In this document: piece by piece, positions 24,757-32,915 of the stretch
Numbering within the stretch: the stretch's first letter is position 1
How the letters are laid out: every line of letters begins with the position of its first letter
DNA from: Acidimicrobiales bacterium
Lineage (GTDB): Bacteria > Actinomycetota > Acidimicrobiia > Acidimicrobiales > JAJPHD01
NCBI GenBank assembly: GCA_039583695.1
Contig: JAVKSL010000005.1
Coordinates: forward strand, 12,648-76,647
DNA: 64,000 nt
Reading direction: 5' to 3'
Position numbers and translations under genes: made by a program
Notes under the pieces: generated by a model
What the model saw: only the letters and a program-made list of their open reading frames with translations
Told to the model about the DNA's origin: nothing
Databases searched by the model: none

Positions 24757-27423
24757 GTGAGCTTCGCCGAGATCCTAGGAGCGTGGGACGAGGCCCGTCT
24801 CACGCTCCTCCTGGTGTTGCGCCCTGACCTGCGCCGCCCGGCGCCAAAGACATTGGCCCTGCTGATCCAGCGGGCCGGGTCGTGGTCCAGCCTCCAGCAG
24901 GCTCGCTGGAGGCTGGACCGGGGCGCCCAGCAGGCGCTGGACGCCGCTTGCCTGCTTCCCAAGCCCCCGACGTTCACGGACCTGGTGACGCTCCTGGGCG
25001 GCCCCTCCCAGACCGCTGGCCTGAGCGAGGCCCTGGAGCGCCTGGAGGCTCGTGCCCTGGTGATGCGCCGCGGCAACAGCCTGATCCTGGCCCCTGGGCT
25101 CGCCGAGCTGCGCAACCCGGCCCGGCTCGGCCCCCCGGCTGTCGAGGCGCTCGCCAGCCAGCAGGCATCCACCTTGTCGTCGATTGCCCGCAGGCTCGGT
25201 GTCCGTCCAGGGTCCAGCCGGAAAGCCTCCATGTCTGCGGTGGTGGGGGCCCTGGGCGACCCGGCGCGGATCAAGGCGGTGCTTTCTGCGGCCTCGGCCG
25301 AGGCGGCCCAGCTGGCCCGCAGCGCGGCTACGCAGGGACCTGCGGTGTCGGTCCACAACGGCGTGTACGGCCTCACCGATCGCAGCCCGGCGGGATGGCT
25401 GGTGAGCCACGGCCTGCTGGTGCCGATGAGCTGGAACCTGCTGGTGATGCCGCGGGAGGTGGCGTTGGCGCTGCGCGGCGGCATGCCGTTCCCCGACCTC
25501 CAGCTGTGCTGGCCCCATGTCCCGACCAGCGAGGTGGACCAGGAGGCGGCAGATGCCAGGGCCGCAGACGCAGCTCTGCGCCTGGTGGCAGATGTGCGCA
25601 CGGTCCTGGACCTGTGGGGCCAGGCCGAGCCGAGCGTCCTCAAGGACGGGGGGATCGGGGTTCGGGAGCTGAGGCGAGCCGCAAAAGCCATCGAGCGGAC
25701 CGAGCTGGAGGCGGCTCAGGTCATCGAGATCGCCGCCGCGGCCGGCCTCGTCACCTGCGCGCGGCCGGGCGGCCAGGTCCTCCCCCTGCCGGCCTACGAC
25801 AGCTGGCTGGCCCTCGAGGTCCCTGATCGCTGGACGCGGCTGGCCCTCGGTTGGCTGACCTGCCCGCTGCACCCCAGCCTTTCCGGTGTGCTCGACGACA
25901 AGCAGAAGCCGATCCCCACCCTGCTCCCTCGTGCTCCTGAGGCCGACGCCCAGGACAGGCGCGAGATCATCCTGGCCCTGCTGGCGTTGCAGGTGCCGCC
26001 GGGGCACAGGGCTAGTGCAGAGTGCCTGGCGGGGGTGGCCGAATGGATGGGGCCCGACGTTTGGGTCGGTGGGCCCGCCTTGCCGGAGACGCTGCGGCGC
26101 TGGGTAGTGGCCGAGGCAGAGCTGGTGGGGATGGTGGTGGATGGCGCGCTGAGCAGCTTCGGGCGCTCGATGACGGCCGGGTGGGCAGGTGTGTTGCCCG
26201 GCGCCCCGGTCAAGGGCAAGCCGTCGTATCAAGAGGCTGCCGAATCGCTTGCGCGGTGGGCGCCAGCGGTGAGCTCCACCTTCGTGGTCCAAGCGGACCT
26301 GACTGCCGTGGCGCCGGGCGAGCTCACCTGCGCCATTCGCTCGGAGCTGGAGCTGTTGGCTGACGTGGAGTCCAAGGGGGCGGCGACCGTCTACCGCTTC
26401 AGCGAGGCTTCCCTGCGCCGGGGCTTCGACGGGGGTCGCAGCGCCACCCAGATCATGGGCTTCCTGGAGGGACACGCCACCCGTGGAGTACCCCAGGCTC
26501 TGGCATATCTGGTGGGGGATCTGGGGCGCCGCTTCGGGACGGTGCGGGTCGGCTCGGCGTCCTGCTACCTGCGCTGCGAGGACCCGGCGTTGCTCACCGA
26601 GATCGCCGCCGCCAGGCGGACTGCCAAGCTGGGGATGCGCCAGCTGGCGCCGACCGTCCTGGTCAGCTCCAGTGACGCCGCGACCACGCTGGCGACTCTT
26701 CGAGCCAGTGGGTACCTTCCGGCCCTGGAGGACGAGGCTGGCACGCTGGTGGTGATCGAGGTGGCACCCCAGCGAGCCGAGGTGGTGGCGAGGCCGGCAT
26801 GGGCACCGGTCGCGGCGGACCCGGCGGTCTTGGCGGCCGAGCTGCGCCGTGCCGCCGGGGTGCCGCGGCCCTTGACACCACCGGCGCCGGGGACGCCGGG
26901 CCATCCAGCCGTGCCGGGAAGCCGTCCAGCAGTGCCGGGAAGCCGTCCAGCAGTGCCGGGAAGCCAGCCAGCAGTGCCCGGTCCCGGCAATCTCGCAGCG
27001 GCTTCTGCCGGAGCCTCAAAACCCCTCTTCCCGTCGCTGCCGTCCCAGCTGCCGCCCGGCATGTCCCAATCTGCGGCCCAGTCCCTGATGGGGCTGCTCA
27101 ACGAGATGTGGGAAGCCCACGAGGATCCGGGCCCTCTTGACGGGCCTGGATTCGGGCTCCCGTCGCGCCCGGCGGCCATAGCCAAGGGACGCGACGCAGT
27201 GGTGAGCGTTCTGGAGCAGGCTTACGACGAGGACTGGATGGTGCGCATCGGCTACACCGGCGGCAACCGCCGGACCTACCAGCTCAGCGCGGTGGTGGTG
27301 GCCGTCGAGGACGACGAGGTTTGGTTGGAGTGCGCACCCAGGTGGGATCACCGAGGCATCGCGCTGGATCAGATCGAGTGGGTCAGGGTGCTGACCGAGG
27401 CCGAGGAGGAGGCACTGCCGTGA
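24757..27423 (+). CDS. XPB-associated accessory protein (helicase-associated N-terminal region, Pro-rich repeats, WYL/SH3-like C-terminus); function unknown
   Basis: 888 aa. Stop overlaps the xpb GTG (GTGA). C-terminus reads DWMVRIGYTGGNRRTYQLSAVVVAVEDDEVWLECAPRWDHRGIALDQIEWVRVL. Confidence 0.7.
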   Translation: MSFAEILGAWDEARLTLLLVLRPDLRRPAPKTLALLIQRAGSWSSLQQARWRLDRGAQQALDAACLLPKPPTFTDLVTLLGGPSQTAGLSEALERLEARALVMRRGNSLILAPGLAELRNPARLGPPAVEALASQQASTLSSIARRLGVRPGSSRKASMSAVVGALGDPARIKAVLSAASAEAAQLARSAATQGPAVSVHNGVYGLTDRSPAGWLVSHGLLVPMSWNLLVMPREVALALRGGMPFPDLQLCWPHVPTSEVDQEAADARAADAALRLVADVRTVLDLWGQAEPSVLKDGGIGVRELRRAAKAIERTELEAAQVIEIAAAAGLVTCARPGGQVLPLPAYDSWLALEVPDRWTRLALGWLTCPLHPSLSGVLDDKQKPIPTLLPRAPEADAQDRREIILALLALQVPPGHRASAECLAGVAEWMGPDVWVGGPALPETLRRWVVAEAELVGMVVDGALSSFGRSMTAGWAGVLPGAPVKGKPSYQEAAESLARWAPAVSSTFVVQADLTAVAPGELTCAIRSELELLADVESKGAATVYRFSEASLRRGFDGGRSATQIMGFLEGHATRGVPQALAYLVGDLGRRFGTVRVGSASCYLRCEDPALLTEIAAARRTAKLGMRQLAPTVLVSSSDAATTLATLRASGYLPALEDEAGTLVVIEVAPQRAEVVARPAWAPVAADPAVLAAELRRAAGVPRPLTPPAPGTPGHPAVPGSRPAVPGSRPAVPGSQPAVPGPGNLAAASAGASKPLFPSLPSQLPPGMSQSAAQSLMGLLNEMWEAHEDPGPLDGPGFGLPSRPAAIAKGRDAVVSVLEQAYDEDWMVRIGYTGGNRRTYQLSAVVVAVEDDEVWLECAPRWDHRGIALDQIEWVRVLTEAEEEALP
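26905..26988. repeat. 21-bp in-frame tandem repeat (3 units plus 1 diverged) encoding (PAVPGSR)n
   Basis: ccagc[ca]gtgccgggaagcc[ga][tg] units at 26905, 26926 and 26947, plus a diverged unit at 26968. Confidence 0.85.
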
Positions 27424-29102
27424 CCGCCAACCCAAGCGAGGGACCGCTGATAGTGCAGTCGGACCGGACGCTGCTGCTCGAGGTGGACCACCCCGACGCG
27501 GTCGCCTGTCGAGCTGCCATAGCGCCGTTTGCCGAGCTGGAGCGGTCTCCGGAGCACGTCCACACCTACCGGCTGAGCTCGCTCGGGCTGTGGAACGCCA
27601 GGGCTGCTGGGCATGACGCCGAGCAGGTGGTGGACGCCCTCTTGCGGTTCTCGCGCTACCCGGTGCCCCAGGCGCTCCTGGTGGATGTGGCCGAGGTGAT
27701 GGACCGCTACGGGCGCCTGATCCTGGAGGTCCATCCGGTCCACGGCTTGGTGCTGCGGGCCACCGACCGCATTGTGCTGGAGGAGGTCCTGCGGGCCAAA
27801 TCGGTGATGCCCCTGGTGGGACCGCGCATCGACGCCGACACGGTTGGGGTGGGCCGCTCCGAGCGCGGTCGTCTCAAGCAAGCGCTGCTCAAGGCCGGCT
27901 GGCCGGCCGACGACAAGGCCGGCTATGTCGACGGCGCGGCCCACCCCATCGGGCTCACCGAGGGCGTCGGGTTCACCCTGCGGCCCTACCAGTCCGAGGC
28001 GGTCGAGACCTTCTTTGCCGGGGGCAGCGGGGTGGTGGTGCTGCCTTGCGGGGCGGGCAAGACCCTGGTCGGGGCCGCGGCCATGGCCCGGGCAGGGGCG
28101 CGCACCCTGGTGCTGGTCACCAACATCGTCGCGGCGCGCCAGTGGCGGGCCGAGCTGCTGGCCCGCACCACCCTCACCGCGGCGGAGATCGGTGAGTACT
28201 CCGGCCAGCGCAAGGAGGTCAAGCCGGTCACCCTGGCGACATACCAGATCCTGACGTCGAAGCGTCACGGCCTGTATACCCACCTGGAGCTGTTCTCGGC
28301 CGAGGACTGGGGCCTCATCATCTATGACGAGGTCCACCTTCTTCCGGCCCCGGTGTTCCGCATGACGGCCGAGATCCAGAGCCGCCGCCGGCTGGGCCTC
28401 ACCGCCACGCTGGTGCGCGAGGATGGTCGTGAGGGTGACGTGTTCAGCCTGATCGGGCCCAAGCGCTATGACGCGCCCTGGCGCGACATCGAGGCCCAGG
28501 GTTGGATCGCCCCCGCAGTCTGCACCGAGGTGAGGGTGACCCTGACCGACGAGGAGCGCATGTCCTATGCCCTGTCCGAGGCCGAGGAGCGCTACCGGGT
28601 CGGAGCCACCGCCTGGTCCAAGCTGGCGGTCGTGGAGGCGCTGAGTCGCGATGCGCTTGCCAAGGCAGAGCCGACCCTAGTGATCGGCCAGTACCTGGAC
28701 CAGCTGGAATCCATCGCCCGCCGCCTCGATGCGCCGCTCATCACCGGCAAGACCCCGGTGCGGGAGCGGGAGAGACTTTACGAGGCGTTTCGCCAGGGGA
28801 TCGAGCCGCTGCTGGTCGTGTCCAAGGTGGCCAACTTCTCCATCGACCTTCCCGAGGCCTCGGTGGCCATCCAGGTTTCGGGGGCGTTCGGCAGCCGGCA
28901 GGAGGAGGCCCAGCGCCTGGGTCGCATCCTTCGCCCCAAGGCCGACGGTCGCCAGGCACACTTTTTCACCGTGGTGGCGAGGGAGACCAACGACCAGGAG
29001 TTCGCCGCCCGCCGCCAGAGGTTCCTGGCTGAGCAGGGATACGCGTACGAGATCCGTGACGCCGAATCGGTGCTCCACCCCGAGGTGGGCGAGCCGGGCT
29101 AG
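27420..29102 (+). CDS. xpb: XPB/ERCC3/Ssl2-family SF2 DNA repair helicase
   Basis: GPLIVQSDRTLLLEVDHPDA (damage-recognition-like N-terminus), Walker A VLPCGAGKT, IIYDEVHLL, RRLGLTATLVRED. Confidence 0.9.
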   Translation: MTANPSEGPLIVQSDRTLLLEVDHPDAVACRAAIAPFAELERSPEHVHTYRLSSLGLWNARAAGHDAEQVVDALLRFSRYPVPQALLVDVAEVMDRYGRLILEVHPVHGLVLRATDRIVLEEVLRAKSVMPLVGPRIDADTVGVGRSERGRLKQALLKAGWPADDKAGYVDGAAHPIGLTEGVGFTLRPYQSEAVETFFAGGSGVVVLPCGAGKTLVGAAAMARAGARTLVLVTNIVAARQWRAELLARTTLTAAEIGEYSGQRKEVKPVTLATYQILTSKRHGLYTHLELFSAEDWGLIIYDEVHLLPAPVFRMTAEIQSRRRLGLTATLVREDGREGDVFSLIGPKRYDAPWRDIEAQGWIAPAVCTEVRVTLTDEERMSYALSEAEERYRVGATAWSKLAVVEALSRDALAKAEPTLVIGQYLDQLESIARRLDAPLITGKTPVRERERLYEAFRQGIEPLLVVSKVANFSIDLPEASVAIQVSGAFGSRQEEAQRLGRILRPKADGRQAHFFTVVARETNDQEFAARRQRFLAEQGYAYEIRDAESVLHPEVGEPG

Positions 29103-29132
29103 CTGCAGGGTGGTGGGGCGGGGTCTTGCACG

Positions 29133-29387
29133 CGCTGGCGGGGATCGCGACGTGGCGCTCCGTGCAGGTCAGCGAGCGGAGTTGGCCCGGCCTGGGTCCC
29201 AGGCCGTAGGCTTTGGACGGTGAGCTACCCGGCCCGCAGGATGCGCCGCCTCCGGAGAACCCCTGCCCTGCGGCGCCTGGTGCCCGAGACCAGGCTGTCG
29301 GTGGACGACCTGGTGGCACCCCTTTTCGTCCGGGAGGGGATCGAGGCGCCCCGCCCGGTGGCCTCGTTGGCGGGCGTCGTGGGCCAC
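29133..29387 (+). repeat. Direct repeat copy A: hemB promoter plus the first about 56 codons
   Basis: About 95% identical to 31844-32096 (a few substitutions and small indels upstream of the -10). Confidence 0.9.
29188..29219 (+). promoter_or_regulatory. 19-bp palindrome CGGCCTGGG-T-CCCAGGCCG abutting a TAGGCT -10 placed 7 nt before the GTG (leaderless-type promoter), copy A
   Basis: Read directly. Palindrome 29188-29206, TAGGCT 29207-29212, GTG 29220. Confidence 0.45.
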
Positions 29388-29471
29388 CCGGCCCCGACGA
29401 CCGAGGCGGTACCCGAATGGGGTCCTGAGCTGGTCCAGGCCCTCACCTCCATCGGGGTCAAGATGGGCTGA
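29220..29471 (+). pseudogene. Truncated hemB 5' copy (83-codon read-through ORF) ending in TGATG overlap with the FUSC gene start
   Basis: MSYPARRMRRLRRTPALRRLVPETRLSVDDLVAPLFVREGIEAPRPVASL matches the HemB N-terminus (31929-), then diverges. Confidence 0.8.
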
Positions 29472-31822
29472 TGGGCCCCGGCGCCACGAAGGGCCCCCTG
29501 GCCAGCGTGTTGAGCGACGTTGCGAGGGTCGATCGAACCAAGCTCGTCCCACTTGCCGCGGCGCGCTCCGCATTAGGCATGGCGATCCCGCTGGTTGTCG
29601 GATACCTCAGCGGACACCTGCTGCTGGGCGTCACCGCCTCCATCGGCGCGCTGGCCGGCGGCTTTGCTTCCCTCCAGGGGGCCTACCGGACCAGGGTGGC
29701 CACTGTGGTGGCTGCGACGCTCGGGATGGCCCTGTCTGCCTTTGTCGGGTCGATTATCGGGCATCTGGTGATCGGCGACGTCGCGGTGACCGCGGCGTGG
29801 GGCTTTGGCGCCGGGATGCTCGTGGCATTCGGGCAGGAGGCCACGATCGTGGGCCTGCAGTCCGTGGTGGGCCTCGTCGTGTTCTCCCAGTTCAGCTTCA
29901 CGCCCGGGGAGGCGCTGGTCCAGGGAGGCCTGGTCCTGGCCGGCGGCCTCCTGCAGACCCTGCTGGTCGTGGCGGTGTGGCCGCTCGGGCGCTTCCCCGC
30001 CGAGCGCCGGACCCTGAGCCAGGCCTACTCTCGCCTCGCCGGGTTCGCCCGCTCGCTCGCCTCCTGTCCCACGTCGATGCTCGAGCCTGACGCGCTGGCG
30101 GAACTCGGCGCCACCGAGCATGACCCACAGCCCTTCGGGAGTTCCGCCGAGGCGGCGGCATACCAAGGGCTGCGTGACCAGGCCGACAGGATCCGCCTGG
30201 AGCTCGCAGGGCTTGCCCGCCACCGCCAGCGCCTGTCATCGTCAGCCGGGGCCCCCCCGCCCGAGCGGGCGGCTGGCGAGGCGCTGGACGCGCTCGCTCT
30301 GGTCGCCGCGGAGGTGCTCGCCCAGACAGCCGGCGCGCTGAGATCCCGGCCACCGGGGACGTCCGGGACGGCTATCGATCAGCTGGCCGCGGGGCTTTGC
30401 CTGATCGAGGCGTCGTGCGCCGAGGCGGTCGCCTCATGCGACCGCAGGTTGCTGGCTCTCGTGGAGCCCGCGCGGGACAGCGCCCATGCGCTCGCGGGGC
30501 AGCTGAGAGCGGTGGCAAGGCTCGCAAGGGCAACGGGGCAAGGCCGCTCTGGTGGTCCGGCCCCCGCTGGCCTGGCGCCTGCCAGCGGGCGGGAGCGGTG
30601 CCCGGCGGTGCCTGGTGCACCTGGCGAGGCAGGCCCCACAGACCTCCAGGGCACCTCCGGCAAGCGGGGCACTCGACCGGGTCGGGCGCTGGTCCCCGGC
30701 CTGCGCCTCATGGGCCGGAGCCTGGCTGGCCAGGCGGAGCTGCTCCGGGCCAACATGACCATGGCTTCCCCCGCGTTCCGCCATGCCGTGCGCCTGGCCG
30801 CCTCCCTGGCACTTGCCGTGGCGCTCTCGCACCTGTCGCCTATCGGTCACGGGTACTGGCTGCCGCTCACGGTCATGATCGTCCTCAAGCCCGACTTTGC
30901 CACCACCTTCACCCGCGGCATCGCCCGCAGCGCCGGGACCCTGGTCGGGGCAGGGCTGGTGACGGTGCTGGTGGCAGGGCTACGGCCGGGCCCGATCGGA
31001 CTCGTGATCCTCACGATCGCCCTCTACTGGGCGGCGGTCACGATCCTGACCGCCAACTACGCCGTGTTCAGCGCCTTCATCGCCTCGCTGGTGGTGGTCC
31101 TGCTCGCCTTCGTGGGTCAGCCGGAGCTCGCGCTCGCCGGAGACAGGAGCTTCTACACGGTTGCCGGGGCGGTCCTTGCCCTGGCCGCCTACGCTGCGTG
31201 GCCGACCTGGGAGCGGGTGGTGCTCCCAGACCGGCTGGCGGCCCTGGTCGAGGCTGACGGCCGCTACGCACGAGCGGTCCTGTCGGCCTGGGCAGCTCCG
31301 GAGCGCGCCGACGCTTCCAGCTTGCAGGAGGCACGCCTGGCTGCCCGGCTGGCTCGCACCAACGCCGAGGCATCGGTGGCGCGCTGGCTGGCCGAGCCCG
31401 CCGGGCACGGACAGCTCGTTCCCGAGGCCGTGAGCGGAATCCTGGCTGCGGTTCGCAGGTTCGTCCAGGGCACGCTGGCCCTCCACGCCGAGCTGCCGGA
31501 TCGGGGGATCCCGGTCCGGCAGCTGGGTGCCCTGGCGGATGACGTCGACGAGGCGCTCGGCGCCGTAGGGGCGGTCCTTCGCACCGGGGAGGGGGGCGGC
31601 TGGCTGCCCCGGCTCCGGGAGCGCCAGCTGGAACTGGTGGCGAGCCTGGGGCCGGCCCTCACCAACCAAGACGGCAACGGCAAGGCGGAGGTCCTCGCCA
31701 GCGAGACAGACCTGATCGTGGATTCCGTCGACACTCTCGGCCACCTCGTGGGCTTGGAACCCGCCCCCTGGTCGCCCGCTCGCGAGGACCCTGCATCCTC
31801 ACAGCGTGCGGACGAGCGCTGA
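29471..31822 (+). CDS. FUSC/YccS-family integral membrane protein (putative efflux component)
   Basis: 783 aa. Two multi-TM blocks separated by a long soluble Ala/Arg-rich region, a typical FUSC architecture. Confidence 0.7.
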   Translation: MGPGATKGPLASVLSDVARVDRTKLVPLAAARSALGMAIPLVVGYLSGHLLLGVTASIGALAGGFASLQGAYRTRVATVVAATLGMALSAFVGSIIGHLVIGDVAVTAAWGFGAGMLVAFGQEATIVGLQSVVGLVVFSQFSFTPGEALVQGGLVLAGGLLQTLLVVAVWPLGRFPAERRTLSQAYSRLAGFARSLASCPTSMLEPDALAELGATEHDPQPFGSSAEAAAYQGLRDQADRIRLELAGLARHRQRLSSSAGAPPPERAAGEALDALALVAAEVLAQTAGALRSRPPGTSGTAIDQLAAGLCLIEASCAEAVASCDRRLLALVEPARDSAHALAGQLRAVARLARATGQGRSGGPAPAGLAPASGRERCPAVPGAPGEAGPTDLQGTSGKRGTRPGRALVPGLRLMGRSLAGQAELLRANMTMASPAFRHAVRLAASLALAVALSHLSPIGHGYWLPLTVMIVLKPDFATTFTRGIARSAGTLVGAGLVTVLVAGLRPGPIGLVILTIALYWAAVTILTANYAVFSAFIASLVVVLLAFVGQPELALAGDRSFYTVAGAVLALAAYAAWPTWERVVLPDRLAALVEADGRYARAVLSAWAAPERADASSLQEARLAARLARTNAEASVARWLAEPAGHGQLVPEAVSGILAAVRRFVQGTLALHAELPDRGIPVRQLGALADDVDEALGAVGAVLRTGEGGGWLPRLRERQLELVASLGPALTNQDGNGKAEVLASETDLIVDSVDTLGHLVGLEPAPWSPAREDPASSQRADER

Positions 31823-31843
31823 AGCACCCTGGCAGCTCGCGGT

Positions 31844-32096
31844 CGCTGGCGGGGATCGCGACGTGGCGCTCCGTGCAGGTCAGGCGAGCGGAGTTAGGGC
31901 CTGGGCCCCAGGCCGTAGGCTTTAGACGGTGAGCTACCCGGCCCGCAGGATGCGCCGCCTCCGGAGGACCCCTGCCCTGCGGCGCCTGGTGGCCGAGACC
32001 AGGCTGTCGGTGGACGACCTGGTGGCACCCCTTTTCGTCCGGGAGGGGATCGAGGCGCCCCGCCCGGTGGCCTCGTTGCCGGGCGTCGTGGGCCAC
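31844..32096 (+). repeat. Direct repeat copy B: promoter and 5' end of the intact hemB
   Basis: See copy A. Confidence 0.9.
31898..31928 (+). promoter_or_regulatory. 17-bp palindrome GGCCTGGG-C-CCCAGGCC plus a TAGGCT -10, 7 nt before the hemB GTG (leaderless-type promoter), copy B
   Basis: Palindrome 31898-31914, TAGGCT 31916-31921, GTG 31929. Confidence 0.45.
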
Positions 32097-32915
32097 AGCC
32101 TCGGGTCCCTGGTGGATGAGGGGCGCAGGCTGGCAGGCCTCGGCATCCCGGCGATGGTGCTGTTCGGGGTCCCGGCTGCCAGGGATGGCTTCGGCTCGGG
32201 TGCCTGGGACCCTCAGGGGATAGTGCAGCTGGGCCTCGCCGAGCTGCGCGCCGCGCTGGGGGACCAGATGGTCCTGATCGCGGACACCTGCCTCGACGAG
32301 TACACCGACCACGGTCACTGCGGGGTGCTCGGCCCGTCGGGCGAGGTGGACAACGATGCCACGCTCGAGCTCTACGCCCGGGTTGCTGTCGCCCAAGCCG
32401 AGGCGGGCGCTGACGTCGTGGCGCCCAGCGGGATGATGGACGGCCAGGTCGGCGCAATCCGGGCTGCGCTGGATGCCAGCGGCCACGCTGCGACCGCCAT
32501 CCTCGCCTACGCGGCCAAGTACGCCTCGGCGCTGTACGGACCGTTTCGCGAAGCGGTGGACGTCGCGATCGCTTCCGGGGGGGACCGGCTCGGATACCAG
32601 CAGGATCCCCGCAACGGTCGGGAAGCTCTGGCGGAGGTCGCGCTCGACCTGGCGGAGGGGGCCGACATCGTCATGGTCAAGCCGGCTCTGGCGTACCTGG
32701 ACGTGATCGCGGCGGTGTCGGCGGCCTGTGAGGTGCCCGTCGCCGCCTATCACGTGAGTGGCGAGTATGCGATGGTGAAGGCGGCGGCCGATCGCGGCTG
32801 GGTCGACGGCGCGGCGGTGATGGCCGAGCACGTGGGAGCGATCAAGCGAGCCGGGGCCGACATGATATTGACCTACGCCGCCGCCGAGCTGGCAGAGCGC
32901 TTGGCGGCCACATGA
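31929..32915 (+). CDS. hemB: Porphobilinogen synthase (ALA dehydratase)
   Basis: 328 aa. RRLRRTPALRRLV...APSGMMDGQV...VKPALAYLD...YHVSGEYAM. Confidence 0.93.
   Translation: MSYPARRMRRLRRTPALRRLVAETRLSVDDLVAPLFVREGIEAPRPVASLPGVVGHSLGSLVDEGRRLAGLGIPAMVLFGVPAARDGFGSGAWDPQGIVQLGLAELRAALGDQMVLIADTCLDEYTDHGHCGVLGPSGEVDNDATLELYARVAVAQAEAGADVVAPSGMMDGQVGAIRAALDASGHAATAILAYAAKYASALYGPFREAVDVAIASGGDRLGYQQDPRNGREALAEVALDLAEGADIVMVKPALAYLDVIAAVSAACEVPVAAYHVSGEYAMVKAAADRGWVDGAAVMAEHVGAIKRAGADMILTYAAAELAERLAAT

Noticed and set aside
21105-26904. Long antisense ORFs 21105-22259 (384 aa), 22156-23121, 23209-24741 (510 aa) and 24775-26904 (709 aa)
   Set aside because: These are shadow ORFs opposite hemA, hemC, cobA-hemD and the XPB partner. 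They show extreme Arg/Pro/Gly bias and no domain signatures. Long stop-free antisense frames are expected at about 70% GC.
29220-29471. 83-aa ORF as an independent functional gene
   Set aside because: Its first 56 codons are a copy of the hemB 5' end, and the rest has no HemB similarity. I treat it as a duplication remnant, although it may still be translated as a leader for the FUSC gene.
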